From the NCBI GenBank assembly GCA_017881795.1, contig JADGQM010000001.1, forward strand, positions 1 to 49,593: a stretch of 49,593 nt of DNA, given 5' to 3'. This document shows positions 25,099 through 35,660 of this stretch, in pieces. The notes beneath the pieces are model-generated. The model was not told the origin of the DNA. It made no database searches and was given only the letters and a program-made list of their open reading frames with translations. How positions within the stretch are numbered: the stretch's first letter is position 1; the number at the start of each line of letters is the position of its first letter. The translations under genes were made by a program, and so were the position numbers. This DNA comes from Syntrophobacteraceae bacterium. Lineage in GTDB: Bacteria > Desulfobacterota > Syntrophobacteria > Syntrophobacterales > Syntrophobacteraceae.

Positions 25099-26595
25099 TC
25101 ATGACTCCGTTGAAGCGCCGACGCGCCAGCGGGTTCCCTGCGGAGTATCTTCAAGAAGAATTCTCTTCTTTTCGAGCTCGTTTCTGATGCGATCACTCTC
25201 CGCAAAATTCTTTTCCAGCCTTGCCTGGTGACGAAGCTCGATGAGGCGGGACACCTCCTCTTCCGTCATACCGGTCGAGTGAATCTTGAGTTTCCGCTGT
25301 TCCTCGAAAAAGACCTCGGGGTCTCTGGTGAGGAGGCCCAAGACCTTGGAATACTCCTGTAACGTTGCGGCTGCCCTTTGCGCCAGGATGGCACTGGCGC
25401 CCTTAAGCCTTTTCTGGCCGAACTGGTCGAGAAACCGCTGCAGGCGCCGCTGCAAAGTGAAGCAATGGCCTATTGCCAGCGCCGTGTTGAAATCATTATC
25501 CATCGCGTCTTTAAAGGCTTCCGGGAGGGCTAACATGAGATCGTAGAGCTCAGGGTCCTGCTTCTGAAGCGCGGGGTCCGCCACTTGGATATCGGTGGTC
25601 ACCGGAGCGCGCTCTTTTATGACGGCCAGTGTCCCGTATAGCTTCTCTACACCTCTCTCGGCCTCGGCGACGTTCTCATCAGTGAAATCCACCGGGCTAC
25701 GATAATGTTTGCTCAGCACAAACAGGCGCAAAGCCTCGGAGTGGACCTCTTTGAGAAAGTCCCGGATAATGAAGAAATTCCCCAGGGATTTTGACATCTT
25801 TTGGTTGTTGATATTGACGAATCCATTATGCAGCCAGTAGCGGACAAACGGGACCTCGAAAGCCGCCTCACTCTGAGCAATTTCGTTCTCATGGTGCGGA
25901 AATATCAGATCTTTGCCGCCGCCGTGAATATCGAACGTCTCCCCCAGGTAGCACCTGCCCATGGCGGAACATTCGATGTGCCAACCGGGCCGCCCGGGGC
26001 CCCAGGGACTGTCCCACACCGGTTCCCCCGGTTTGCTTCCTTTCCAGAGTACAAAGTCCAACGGATTCCGCTTGTTGACATCGACCTCCACCCGTGCTCC
26101 TGCCACCATCTCTTCGAGCGAGCGTCCGGACAACTTCCCATATCCATTGAAACGCTCCACTTCAAAATAGACATCGGCGCCGGACTGGTACGCAATCCCT
26201 TTCGCCATCAACTTCTCTATGATTTCGATCATGGTCGAGATATGATCGGTTGCCAGCGGTTCAGCATTCGGGCGCAAGATGTCAAGGGCATCCATATCCT
26301 CATGGAAGGCTGCAATAAAGCGTTCGGCAACAGCGCGATAATCGGCCCCCAGCTCGTTGGCGCGACGAATAATCTTGTCGTCGATGTCGGTGAAATTTCT
26401 GACGTAAGTTACCTCATAACCAAGATGCAGGAGGTATCGGTAGATGACGTCAAAAACGATGGCCGATCGAGCATGCCCGATATGACAGAAATCATACACC
26501 GTGATGCCGCAGACATAGAATCTGACCTTTCCCGGCTGCAGGGGTATGAACTCTTCTTTTCGCTTTGTCAGGGTATTGTAAACTCGCAATCCCAT
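25099..26595 (-). CDS. cysS: Cysteine--tRNA ligase
   Basis: It has the HIGH-type motif (CGITVYDFCHIGHARS) and KMSKS (KMSKSLGN). Size is 498 aa. Confidence 0.97.
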   Translation of the reverse strand: MGLRVYNTLTKRKEEFIPLQPGKVRFYVCGITVYDFCHIGHARSAIVFDVIYRYLLHLGYEVTYVRNFTDIDDKIIRRANELGADYRAVAERFIAAFHEDMDALDILRPNAEPLATDHISTMIEIIEKLMAKGIAYQSGADVYFEVERFNGYGKLSGRSLEEMVAGARVEVDVNKRNPLDFVLWKGSKPGEPVWDSPWGPGRPGWHIECSAMGRCYLGETFDIHGGGKDLIFPHHENEIAQSEAAFEVPFVRYWLHNGFVNINNQKMSKSLGNFFIIRDFLKEVHSEALRLFVLSKHYRSPVDFTDENVAEAERGVEKLYGTLAVIKERAPVTTDIQVADPALQKQDPELYDLMLALPEAFKDAMDNDFNTALAIGHCFTLQRRLQRFLDQFGQKRLKGASAILAQRAAATLQEYSKVLGLLTRDPEVFFEEQRKLKIHSTGMTEEEVSRLIELRHQARLEKNFAESDRIRNELEKKRILLEDTPQGTRWRVGASTES

Positions 26596-26793
26596 GAGTT
26601 ACGATCTCCACCTGTGCTCGATTATTATTACAAACGTGAGTCCCGCCTTCTGACTCCAGTCTTCTGATTTTCGCTACAGTATCCACCATCAGGCGCTAAG
26701 CATCAAGTGTCCTGTTCGACCACTCAGAATGAGAGCACCCGAGCATTCCCGACGGGCAGCCGGGCGATGGTCTAATTGCTCCCCTCTTACCGC

Positions 26794-27312
26794 CTAACTT
26801 CCTGTTTTCTCTGCGACCTCTGCGTCTCTGCGGTGAGTACTTATGTCCCTCAAGAGCACCACCGCATAAGCCGCAACCCCTTCTTCCCTTCCCGTGAATC
26901 CCAGTCGCTCCGTGGTTGTCGCTTTCACGTTAATACATGACTGCAAGATGTTGGTGGCGTTAGAGATATTTTCCACCATTTGATGAATGTGAGGGGCAAG
27001 CCGGGGTTTTTGCAGCACGAGAGTGGTGTCGATATTCTCGACTTCAAAGCCACGTTCCCTGACCAGAACCACCGTTCGCCGGAGAAGGACGAGGCTGGAT
27101 ATGCCTTTATAAGAGGAGTCCGAATCCGGGAAATGACGCCCGATATCCCCCAGTGCAGCGGCCCCCAGAAGCGCGTCACAGATCGCATGAAGGAGTACAT
27201 CCGCATCGGAATGCCCGAGCAGCCCATGCGTATGGGGAATCTCCACCCCGCCCAAAACCAGGGGACGATTTTCGTCAAAGGCATGAACATCGCACCCGAA
27301 ACCTATGCGCAT
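26794..27312 (-). CDS. ispF: 2-C-methyl-D-erythritol 2,4-cyclodiphosphate synthase
   Basis: [12 protein letters not shown]......[41 protein letters not shown] is the IspF signature. Confidence 0.96.
   Translation of the reverse strand: MRIGFGCDVHAFDENRPLVLGGVEIPHTHGLLGHSDADVLLHAICDALLGAAALGDIGRHFPDSDSSYKGISSLVLLRRTVVLVRERGFEVENIDTTLVLQKPRLAPHIHQMVENISNATNILQSCINVKATTTERLGFTGREEGVAAYAVVLLRDISTHRRDAEVAEKTGS
26809..26832. repeat. Three tandem CTCTGCG units (8-9 nt period) inside the 3' end of ispF
   Basis: ctctgcg occurs at 26809-15, 26818-24 and 26826-32. On the coding strand the units are translated as HRRDAEVAE in the IspF C-terminal tail. Confidence 0.9.
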
Positions 27313-28184
27313 CGTTTGATTCCAGAATCCGCTACGGGAGGGACGGAAAGGTGACGTTTTTCAACAGTGGGATCACTCGGTCTTCTCGTCTGGCTCAAAA
27401 TCCAACTCCCCCAGGATAAATCCTCCGGCGTCGTGACCTTGATATTTGACCGCTCCCCGCGGACAACAGCAACAGGCAAGCCGAGACGCTCCACAAGAAC
27501 AGCATCATCAGTGCCCAGGCACTCCTGCCTCCGCGCTTCCAGGTAAGCGGTCATGACAATATCCTTGCGAAACACTTGCGGCGTCTGAACGAACCAGATT
27601 TCCTCCCGCGGCAGAGTCTCCAGCACGACCTGCCCCCTCACCCGTTTTATGGTATCCGTGGCCGGCAAGGCGGCGATTGCGGCCCCCGTCTTCTGAGCAG
27701 TCTTCCAGGTATTTTTGATGAGCTCAATGGAAGCGAAAGGCCTCACTCCGTCATGGATAAGGACCCACTCGCATTCCGAAGGCAATGCTTGCAGAGCGTT
27801 AAAGACGCTGTCCTGACGTTCCGTGCCACCAATAATGGAGGTGACGAACCTGCAAATGCCGCCATTCGCTCGATCCGTTGATGACTCATGGGTGAGTCCT
27901 TTATCCGAGAAAGCTTGGCAGGCATCCTGGAATTGTCCTGTTGACAGGTAACGGAATTTATCGGGATCAATGCTGCAGTATTCGCGTAAGAGATCTTCGG
28001 TTGCGGTCAAGAAATCTTCCTGGACCACCACCAGGATTCCTGTAAGAAAATCAGCCATGGAGAGGGTCTCAAGGGTATGGATCAAGATGGGCCTTCCGGC
28101 CAGTTCCAGAAATTGCTTTGGTTTGGCGGTCCCCATCCGCAGGCCACGCCCGGCAGCGGGAACAATGGCGCAGGTTTTGGGCAT
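27303..28184 (-). CDS. ispD: 2-C-methyl-D-erythritol 4-phosphate cytidylyltransferase, with an internal insertion
   Basis: Signature blocks are [13 protein letters not shown]...PKQFL.L.G.P.L.HTL, GG.ERQDSV.N.L and IHDGVRPF. It overlaps the ispF start by 10 nt. Confidence 0.93.
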   Translation of the reverse strand: MPKTCAIVPAAGRGLRMGTAKPKQFLELAGRPILIHTLETLSMADFLTGILVVVQEDFLTATEDLLREYCSIDPDKFRYLSTGQFQDACQAFSDKGLTHESSTDRANGGICRFVTSIIGGTERQDSVFNALQALPSECEWVLIHDGVRPFASIELIKNTWKTAQKTGAAIAALPATDTIKRVRGQVVLETLPREEIWFVQTPQVFRKDIVMTAYLEARRQECLGTDDAVLVERLGLPVAVVRGERSNIKVTTPEDLSWGSWILSQTRRPSDPTVEKRHLSVPPVADSGIKRCA

Positions 28185-28221
28185 GATGAAACGACCCCGA
28201 GCAAAAGAGTGAAAAAAGAAA

Positions 28222-28608
<387 letters not shown>

Positions 28609-28805
28609 TTCACCGAAATTCCGTGTATCAGCACCAGACACATGGTGCGTGCCTGAGGTAATCGGACACTATCCCCGGCATTCAGTCAATGGAGCACATA
28701 ACAAAGCTGGGGTCAGTTTGCAAGGTTTGAATGCCAGCGAAAGAAATTCGCACGACCGTGCAAGTTGGTTATGCCCTAAGTACAGCTCCGCGCAATAAAA
28801 CGACC

Positions 28806-28884
28806 GTCATCCTGACACGTCATTCCGGTGACAACCGGAATCCAGAAAAACTGCCTGGATACCGGCTTTCGCCGGTATGACAAG
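28806..28884. repeat. REP-like palindromic element of the type that yields spurious 'IPAKAGIQ / LDS..R.ND' ORFs
   Basis: Two hairpins are present: attccgg/ccggaat (28822-28 with 28835-41) and ataccgg/ccggtat (28859-65 with 28872-78). ORF 28807..29007 translates it as VIPAKAGIQAVFLDSGCHRNDV. Confidence 0.7.
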
Positions 28885-28949
28885 CTGAATCCGGACACCC
28901 ATCTCTGCGCTACCGTACTGAGCAACCCTGGCGATAATCCAGGCAAGAG

Positions 28950-29669
28950 CTATTGGCCCCGCGTGTTGATGGCTTCTTCTGCCTGCTCGGTCAGCTGATT
29001 GAGGCAATTTTCAAGATTGAGGCGTGCGACTTCGAGTTGGGCTGATGATATGTCTCTCTCAATCCACATCAGTGGTCCAAAGGCCACAACGATATGCGAA
29101 AAGGGTTTCGCCAGCACCGTCCGATCCCAACTGCGGAACCGCCAGCACGGATCGGCCGCCATGCTGATCGGCATCAAAGGGGCCCCGGAATAGCGAGCGA
29201 GAAGGAGGATGCCTTTCTGGGCAACGCGTGGCGGCCCCTGTGAGCCATCGGCAATGAAGCCTCCTCCTCGAGCCCCCGCAATGTGCGAGATAAGCTGCTT
29301 CAAAGCGGTGCTTCCGCCTTTGCCGGGAGAACCTCGAAAGCACTGGTATCCTAGCTTTTCCACAACACGCGCAGCCCATTCCCCGTCGCGACTGCGGCTC
29401 ACCATCACCAGAGCCCGGTGGTCTCGGAAGCGATAGATCACCGTCGGGAAAGCAAAATGCCAGGTGGTTATCAACACCGGACCGTTATACCGATAAGCAG
29501 CCTCTTCATGTTCCCTGCCAAGAATGGTAAACTTACAGGTACGGTGAAGCAGTCGGAAGAAATTGGCAATCAACGGGGGGAGGAAGGGAAACCGGTCCGG
29601 ATGCAATCCTCGATGAGGGTCTTGGTTGTTTTCCATTTGTTCTTCTCGCGATGCAATTATCGTAGGCAC
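28950..29669 (-). CDS. DUF374 / lysophospholipid acyltransferase-like protein
   Basis: ...LITTWH..F......R......MVS.S.DGE..A......G....RGS...GG..AL......I......G.ADG..GP......G...LA..SG.P..P resembles DUF374. The start is uncertain: GTG at 29669 or ATG at 29636. Confidence 0.6.
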   Translation of the reverse strand: MPTIIASREEQMENNQDPHRGLHPDRFPFLPPLIANFFRLLHRTCKFTILGREHEEAAYRYNGPVLITTWHFAFPTVIYRFRDHRALVMVSRSRDGEWAARVVEKLGYQCFRGSPGKGGSTALKQLISHIAGARGGGFIADGSQGPPRVAQKGILLLARYSGAPLMPISMAADPCWRFRSWDRTVLAKPFSHIVVAFGPLMWIERDISSAQLEVARLNLENCLNQLTEQAEEAINTRGQ

Positions 29670-29695
29670 TCTACATTACCCCACAGGGATGCACG

Positions 29696-30265
29696 GTGAA
29701 AGAAAAGACCAGCATTGCACTCGTTGGTTTTCGCGCTTCGGGCAAAAGCCTGGTGGGAAAGCTCCTGGCCCAAGAGTTGAACCTTTCCTTTGTCGACATG
29801 GACGAACGCCTGGTGGCTTCATTTGGTCAAAGTGTTGCCCAATGGGTTCAGGCTCACGGCTGGGCATCCTTTCGCAAGGCGGAATCAGAGCTTCTGCAAC
29901 AACTTTGCCAGGAGCAAGAACTCATTGTGGCTACTGGCGGAGGAGTGGTTTTGAGCGCCCCCAACCGCAAGCTGCTCAAGAACCATTTTCTCGTCATCTG
30001 GCTCAAGGCTTCACCCGAAACAACCTATTTGCGAATGCTGGACGATCCCAGTACCGATACAAACCGTCCCGCCTTTACCTCTCTGCCGTTACGCGAAGAG
30101 ATCCAACAAATGCTCACTGAACGTTCAGATTTTTATCAGGAGGCAGCCCATATCATTCTCGAAACCGACGCTGCCCTCCCCGAAAAGCTGGTTTCAGAAA
30201 TAAAATGCCGGCTCCTGCAATACCAGGAGGCCACTGACAGCAACGTTGATGGCACTAAAAGGTAA
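29696..30265 (+). CDS. aroK: Shikimate kinase
   Basis: It has a P-loop (IALVGFRASGKSLVGKLLA), FVDMD, ATGGG, and is the typical size. The start is a GTG. Confidence 0.9.
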   Translation: MKEKTSIALVGFRASGKSLVGKLLAQELNLSFVDMDERLVASFGQSVAQWVQAHGWASFRKAESELLQQLCQEQELIVATGGGVVLSAPNRKLLKNHFLVIWLKASPETTYLRMLDDPSTDTNRPAFTSLPLREEIQQMLTERSDFYQEAAHIILETDAALPEKLVSEIKCRLLQYQEATDSNVDGTKR

Positions 30266-30617
30266 ACACCTTATAGTCAGGACTTGTCATCATGTTTACC
30301 AGTTCGGTAGCCGTGGAGATCTTGGCCCCTTGAATCAATTCATCAGGCGAAATGAGACGCTTATCCGCGCAGGCCTTGCAGACGTGAATGGGGCATTTTT
30401 GGGCAACCAGCTTATCCAACATATCCTTCATATGTTCCCCGGTGGTGGACCGTATGCCCTCTGCCATACCCATCTGGGCCCAATGGATCGCATCGTCTAT
30501 CAAAAAAATTTCCACAGGGTGTCCCTGTTCCGCGGCGATCGCAGCAAATTGCATGGCTCTGGTGGCGCCGCCGGCCTTCTCAAAACCCTTGGACAACAGA
30601 AAAAGAAACTTTTGCAT
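30255..30617 (-). CDS. DsrE/DsrF-like family protein
   Basis: At about 120 aa, MQKFLFLLSKG......A.R....A..A...GH.V..FL.DD...W and C.AC fit the DsrE fold family. The ATG at 30617 follows GGATGAGG. Confidence 0.6.
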   Translation of the reverse strand: MQKFLFLLSKGFEKAGGATRAMQFAAIAAEQGHPVEIFLIDDAIHWAQMGMAEGIRSTTGEHMKDMLDKLVAQKCPIHVCKACADKRLISPDELIQGAKISTATELVNMMTSPDYKVFTF

Positions 30618-30636
30618 AACCTCATCCTTTATTAAT

Positions 30637-31407
30637 TTAAAGTTCCAATTCATCCCCAGGTTCCGGGATGATCACGTGGAGGTCGTTGACTCCTCTGAGC
30701 ACCTCCAAGATCTCCGTATAGCGATCTTTTCTCTCATCCCGTTGCACATGCACAAGCGCCAGCATAGCGGCGCCCGCCTCGCGCGCAAAGTCGATGCACT
30801 GCCGCACCGTACCATGTCCTGGGGTGAGAGGATCCAACCGAAAGGCCTCATGGACAGCGAGACTGCAGTCCCGGGCCAAGGATAGCGTTTCCGGGCTAAA
30901 GAGCCCATCCCCACTGTAAAAAATGGAGTGTTTTCCGTCCTCAATTCTCACCGCCAAGTTCCGCTGCCCATGAATGCTTTGCGCAGCGCTCCAATCAAGT
31001 CCGACGATGCGCACCCTCTGATCTGGCTCAATTTCGTGAAACACGACCGAATACGTGAGTTTTGGGAAAAAGCCAGGGTAGGCCAGTTCCATGGTCTGGG
31101 TTATAATCCTTTCGACGCCAACCTGGCTCACAATCGCCAGCGGCCTGCTTCGTTTCATTTCCCAAAATCTCAGGAGCAGCGCCGGCACCCCAAAGAAATG
31201 GTCGCCATGGAAGTGGGAAATCCAGAGCGCATCCAGATCTTCAGGGTTGCTTGTCTGTTGCCAGTAGAATGAAGGAACGGTAAATCCGCAATCCAGCATG
31301 ACCGATTTGTGCTGGTTTTCCACCTCCGTCTGGACCCAAACGGAGGTGTTCGGCGCCCTTTCGTCACAGGCTTCACCCACACCAAGAAAAACCACCTTCA
31401 TTGGCAT
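30637..31407 (-). CDS. MBL-fold metallo-hydrolase (RNase Z/BN-like)
   Basis: VVFLGVGEA, LDCG and the HxHxDH motif (ISHFHGDH) are present. Size is 256 aa. Confidence 0.8.
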   Translation of the reverse strand: MPMKVVFLGVGEACDERAPNTSVWVQTEVENQHKSVMLDCGFTVPSFYWQQTSNPEDLDALWISHFHGDHFFGVPALLLRFWEMKRSRPLAIVSQVGVERIITQTMELAYPGFFPKLTYSVVFHEIEPDQRVRIVGLDWSAAQSIHGQRNLAVRIEDGKHSIFYSGDGLFSPETLSLARDCSLAVHEAFRLDPLTPGHGTVRQCIDFAREAGAAMLALVHVQRDERKDRYTEILEVLRGVNDLHVIIPEPGDELEL

Positions 31408-31660
31408 TCTCCTCTGTTTCTCCGGGTCTCCTCGCCAGCAGTATACCGTAGTCGCATTCCAATTAGCGTTTGATGATACGATGATCCGCCCTGAAGCGCA
31501 ATAACGGATAGCGTTGATTAATCCGTCAGAGCTTCTTCAGGGATTGAGAAAAGTTGCAGGAGGTGGTAAACGACTTCCGATGCTTAAGTTCCTCATTGCT
31601 GCCAGTTGGCTTTCATGGGGGGCCTGGCTTGATGGTACTGGAAAACCAAGGGAGGAACAG

Positions 31661-34591
31661 ATGACGATCATCGAGGGCTTTGAACGGCTTCGGACTCAGG
31701 ATATTCAAGAGTTGCGGACGCAGGCGCAGCTTTTTCGGCACTTGAAAACCGGCGCGGAATTGCTATCTCTTATCAATGACGACGACAACAAGGTTTTCGG
31801 GATCACCTTTCGGACGCCGCCCAAGGATTCGACCGGCGTGGCTCACATTTTGGAGCACTCGGTTCTGTGCGGTTCCCGCAAGTACCCGGTTAAGGAACCT
31901 TTCGTCGAGCTCTTGAAGGGCTCCCTCAAGACCTTTCTCAATGCTTTCACTTATCCCGATAAGACCTGCTACCCAATAGCCAGTCAAAACGCTCAGGACT
32001 TTTACAATCTGATTGATGTCTATCTTGATGCGGTCTTTTACCCGAGGATTTCCCCATTCATCTGTCAGCAGGAAGGGTGGCACCTGGAACTGGATGATCC
32101 GGAAGGAGCCCTCATTTATAAGGGCGTGGTTTTCAATGAAATGAAAGGGGCCTACTCTTCTCCGGACAACGTGCTCTCAGAATACTCGCAGCGGTCACTG
32201 TTTCCCGACAGCACCTATGGACTGGATTCGGGAGGCGACCCGAAACACATCATCGAGCTCACCTTCGAGCAATTCAAAGCCTTTCACCAGAGGTGTTACC
32301 ATCCCTCCAATGCACGCCTTTACTTTTACGGGAATGACGATCCGCAACGGCGATTGCAGTTGGTGAATGAGTACCTCGAGGATTTCGATCGCCAGCCCGT
32401 TGATTCGGCTATCGTTCTGCAGCCGCCCTTCGACAGCCCAACGCGCATCGTCCGAACCTACGCATCAGCTGATACCGACGGTGGTGAGGGTAAGGCGGTT
32501 CGCCGGGGCATGCTGACCATGAATTGGCTCCTTACTGAAACCACTGACCCCGTGTTGAACTTTGCTCTTCACGTGCTGAAATACATCTTGCTCGGCATGC
32601 CGGGCTCCCCCTTGCGCAAGGCGCTCATCGACTCGGGCCTCGGAGATGACCTTGCCGGGGTCGGAATGGAGAGCGAACTTCGTCAAATTTACTTCTCCAC
32701 CGGGCTGAAGGGTATCCAGACAGAACATGCAGAACGCATTGAGGAGCTCATCCTGAAAACCATGGAAAACCTTACCACCCAAGGCATCGATCCGCAAACC
32801 ACGGAAGCCGCCATGAACACCATCGAATTCCACCTCCGCGAAAACAATACCGGGAGCTTCCCGCGCGGACTCAATTTAATGCTGCGAGCGTTGACCACCT
32901 GGTTATATGACTCCGATCCGCTGGCCTTGTTGGCCTTCGAAGCACCCCTTGAGACTCTGAAATCGCGCCTGGCCTCGGACTCCAGATTCTTTGAAAGCAT
33001 GATCACGCGCTTTTTCCTTGAAAATCCTCATCGGGCCACCCTTATTCTGAAGCCTGATCCTGCTCTCGCTAGCAAGGAAGAAACGGCCGAACGGGAGCAA
33101 CTCAAGGCCATTAGAGAGTCCCTTCAGCCCGCTCAGTTGGGCGAGGTCATAGCCAATACCCGTGAGCTCAAACGGTTGCAGGAGCTCCCTGACCCGCCGG
33201 AGGCTCTCGAAGCGATACCGACTCTCAAAATTGCCGATCTGGATCGAACCAATAAGCTCATTCCGCAAGCGCTTCTTGAAACAGAGCGAGTCAAGACCCT
33301 CTATCATGACATCTTTACCAACGGAATCGTCTACCTGGATGTGGGACTCAACCTCCACTCTCTCAAACAGGAACACCTGCCCTATGTATCGCTCTTTGGC
33401 CGGGCGCTTGTTGAAATTGGCACGGAAAAGGAGGACTTTGTCGCCCTTACCCAACGTATCAGCCGAAAAACCGGAGGCATTCGTCCGGAAGTCTTTAGCT
33501 CAGCCTCGAAAGCCGATGAGAGGGGGGCGTTGTGGTTGTTTTTGAGAGGGAAGAGCATGCTGCCGCAAGTGCAAGATCTCTTGGACATCTTGCAGGATGT
33601 CCTTCTCACCGTGCGCATCACCGATCGCGAACGCTTCAGCCAGATGGTGCTTGAAGAAAAGGCAAGGCAGGAACAGAAGCTGGTTCCGAGTGGCCATCAG
33701 ATCATTAACCTGCGCCTCAGGTCGCATTTCAACGAGGCCGACTGGGCTGCCGAACAAATAGGCGGAGTGAGCTATCTCTTGTTTCTGCGCGAACTCGCCC
33801 GCAAGGTGGAAGAAGATTGGCCGGGAGTGCTTGCCATCCTCGAGGAGGTCCGCCAGATTCTCGTCAGACGGGAAAACATGCTCCTTAATGTAACTGTGGA
33901 CGAGGCCGGCTGGGCTCAGTCTGAATCAAGGGTCGCGGCATTCCTTGGCGGCCTGCCCTCAGCACCGGTCGAAAACCAAACCTGGTCGCCGAACTATTCG
34001 CCTCTATTTGAAGGCCTGATCATCCCGACCCAGGTAAACTACGTCGGAAAGGGGGCAAATCTCTACAACCTGGGCTATCGGTTCCACGGTTCTGCTCAGG
34101 TTATTTCCTCCTACCTTCGGACGTCCTGGTTGTGGGAGCGAGTGCGGGTCCAAGGAGGAGCGTACGGCGCTTTTTCCATGTTTGACCGGGTCTCCGGAAC
34201 CATGACCTTCGTCTCCTACAGAGATCCGAACTTGCTCAAGACGCTTGATAATTTTGATGGTTCCGTCGATTTTCTGCGCACCGCTGATCTCAGCCATAGC
34301 GAGCTCACGAAGGCTATCATCGGCGCCATCGGTCATATCGATGCTTATCTCCTCCCCGATGCCAAAGGCTTTGTTGCCATGCTGCGCTATCTCACCGGCG
34401 ACACCGAGGAGGACCGGCAGAGATTGCGCGAGGAGGTGCTGTCAACCAGTGCTGCCGACTTCAAAACCTTTGCTGAGGTGTTGGACCAGTTCAGGGCGGA
34501 GGGCATAGTCAAGGTGCTTGGCTCGCAGAGCGCCATTGATGAAGCCAGTGTCAATAAGCCCGGCTGGTTGAGCACCTTCAAGGTACTTTGA
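31661..34591 (+). CDS. Insulinase-family (M16C, PreP-like) metallopeptidase
   Basis: It has the HxxEH motif (HILEHSVLCGSRKYP), NAFTYPD.T.YP and a length of about 975 aa. The ATG at 31661 follows AGGGAGG. The ORF-track start at 31514 is probably an extension. Confidence 0.9.
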   Translation: MTIIEGFERLRTQDIQELRTQAQLFRHLKTGAELLSLINDDDNKVFGITFRTPPKDSTGVAHILEHSVLCGSRKYPVKEPFVELLKGSLKTFLNAFTYPDKTCYPIASQNAQDFYNLIDVYLDAVFYPRISPFICQQEGWHLELDDPEGALIYKGVVFNEMKGAYSSPDNVLSEYSQRSLFPDSTYGLDSGGDPKHIIELTFEQFKAFHQRCYHPSNARLYFYGNDDPQRRLQLVNEYLEDFDRQPVDSAIVLQPPFDSPTRIVRTYASADTDGGEGKAVRRGMLTMNWLLTETTDPVLNFALHVLKYILLGMPGSPLRKALIDSGLGDDLAGVGMESELRQIYFSTGLKGIQTEHAERIEELILKTMENLTTQGIDPQTTEAAMNTIEFHLRENNTGSFPRGLNLMLRALTTWLYDSDPLALLAFEAPLETLKSRLASDSRFFESMITRFFLENPHRATLILKPDPALASKEETAEREQLKAIRESLQPAQLGEVIANTRELKRLQELPDPPEALEAIPTLKIADLDRTNKLIPQALLETERVKTLYHDIFTNGIVYLDVGLNLHSLKQEHLPYVSLFGRALVEIGTEKEDFVALTQRISRKTGGIRPEVFSSASKADERGALWLFLRGKSMLPQVQDLLDILQDVLLTVRITDRERFSQMVLEEKARQEQKLVPSGHQIINLRLRSHFNEADWAAEQIGGVSYLLFLRELARKVEEDWPGVLAILEEVRQILVRRENMLLNVTVDEAGWAQSESRVAAFLGGLPSAPVENQTWSPNYSPLFEGLIIPTQVNYVGKGANLYNLGYRFHGSAQVISSYLRTSWLWERVRVQGGAYGAFSMFDRVSGTMTFVSYRDPNLLKTLDNFDGSVDFLRTADLSHSELTKAIIGAIGHIDAYLLPDAKGFVAMLRYLTGDTEEDRQRLREEVLSTSAADFKTFAEVLDQFRAEGIVKVLGSQSAIDEASVNKPGWLSTFKVL

Positions 34592-34668
34592 GAGATACCG
34601 ATTTACTTACAGGTTTTGGTGGTACGTCCCTGGGACGGTTTCATTGAGATAAATGACAGGAGGGTTCT

Positions 34669-35625
34669 GTGAACATACTGGTTACGGGTGGTGCTGGTTA
34701 CATTGGCTCACATACGGCCAAGTTGCTCAAAAAAACGGGACACACACCCATCGTTTTTGACAATCTTTCGAATGGCTGGGCAGAATGGGTGAAATTCGGA
34801 CCGTTCGTCTTTGGGGACATCCGGAATGAAGAGGCTCTTTATCAGGCTCTGTATGAATTCAAGGTGGATGCGGTGATTCACTTCGCGGCCAAAGCTTATG
34901 TCGAAGAATCGACAAGGCTGCCCGAAGAATACTTCGACAACAACGTCTGTGGGACGGTCGCTTTGCTCAAGGCAATGAAAAGGGCTGGCGCCAGGCATCT
35001 GGTCTTTTCCAGCTCTTGTGCAACCTATGGCAATGCGAAGACTCCAACCATTCGTGAAGACCATCAGCACGAGCCAACCAATCCGTACGGCCTTTCCAAA
35101 TGGCAGTGTGAGCAGGTGGTAGCCACCGTCGCCCCGGTCATCGGATTACATTTCGCTGCCCTGCGGTATTTCAATGTTATCGGCAACGACCCCGAAGGCG
35201 AGGTTTATGAAAAACACGAACCCGAGACTCACGTCTTGCCCAATCTGATTCGAGCGGCGGAGACCGGGGGCACATTCACCCTTTTCGGGACCGACCACCC
35301 CACTCCCGATGGAACTGCGATCAGGGATTACGTCTATGTCATGGACCTCGCTCTGGCACACATCCGGGCCCTCGACGTTATCGCCTCTCAGGAGTGCCTG
35401 ATTTCCAATGTAGGCCGAGGGCAAGGAGTTTCGGTGCGAGAACTGGTCACAACTGTAGAGGAGGCTGTTGGCGCCAAAGTCAACGTGGTGGAAAAACCTA
35501 TCCGCCCCGGAGACCCGCCGGAACTGGTGGCCGATAATACCTTCCTAAAAACTTGGTTCAAACACGACTTCAAAACCGTGAAGGATGTGGTCGCAGGCCT
35601 TGCCGGCGCTAAACGCTCAGGGTAG
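34669..35625 (+). CDS. galE: UDP-glucose 4-epimerase
   Basis: ILVTGGAGYIGSH, the YxxxK motif (YGLSKWQCE), RYFNV.G and DGT.IRDY.V.DLA..H are present. The start is a GTG. Confidence 0.92.
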   Translation: MNILVTGGAGYIGSHTAKLLKKTGHTPIVFDNLSNGWAEWVKFGPFVFGDIRNEEALYQALYEFKVDAVIHFAAKAYVEESTRLPEEYFDNNVCGTVALLKAMKRAGARHLVFSSSCATYGNAKTPTIREDHQHEPTNPYGLSKWQCEQVVATVAPVIGLHFAALRYFNVIGNDPEGEVYEKHEPETHVLPNLIRAAETGGTFTLFGTDHPTPDGTAIRDYVYVMDLALAHIRALDVIASQECLISNVGRGQGVSVRELVTTVEEAVGAKVNVVEKPIRPGDPPELVADNTFLKTWFKHDFKTVKDVVAGLAGAKRSG

Positions 35626-35660
35626 AGGGGGGGATTGCCCTGCCCTCAAGACCAGGTGGA

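Noticed and set aside
28807-29007. A 66-aa ORF containing VIPAKAGIQAVFLDSGCHRNDV
   Set aside because: This peptide pattern is the translation of a REP-type palindromic repeat. The ORF also overlaps the 3' end of the DUF374 gene on the same strand in another frame.
30255-30265. An 11-nt convergent overlap of the aroK and DsrE-like 3' ends
   Set aside because: Short convergent overlaps of stop-proximal codons are common in compact genomes. Nothing else here is unusual.
31514-31660. A 49-codon N-terminal extension of the M16 peptidase ORF
   Set aside because: The ATG at 31661 has a strong AGGGAGG SD, and the family alignment starts near there. The extension begins with a non-ATG codon.
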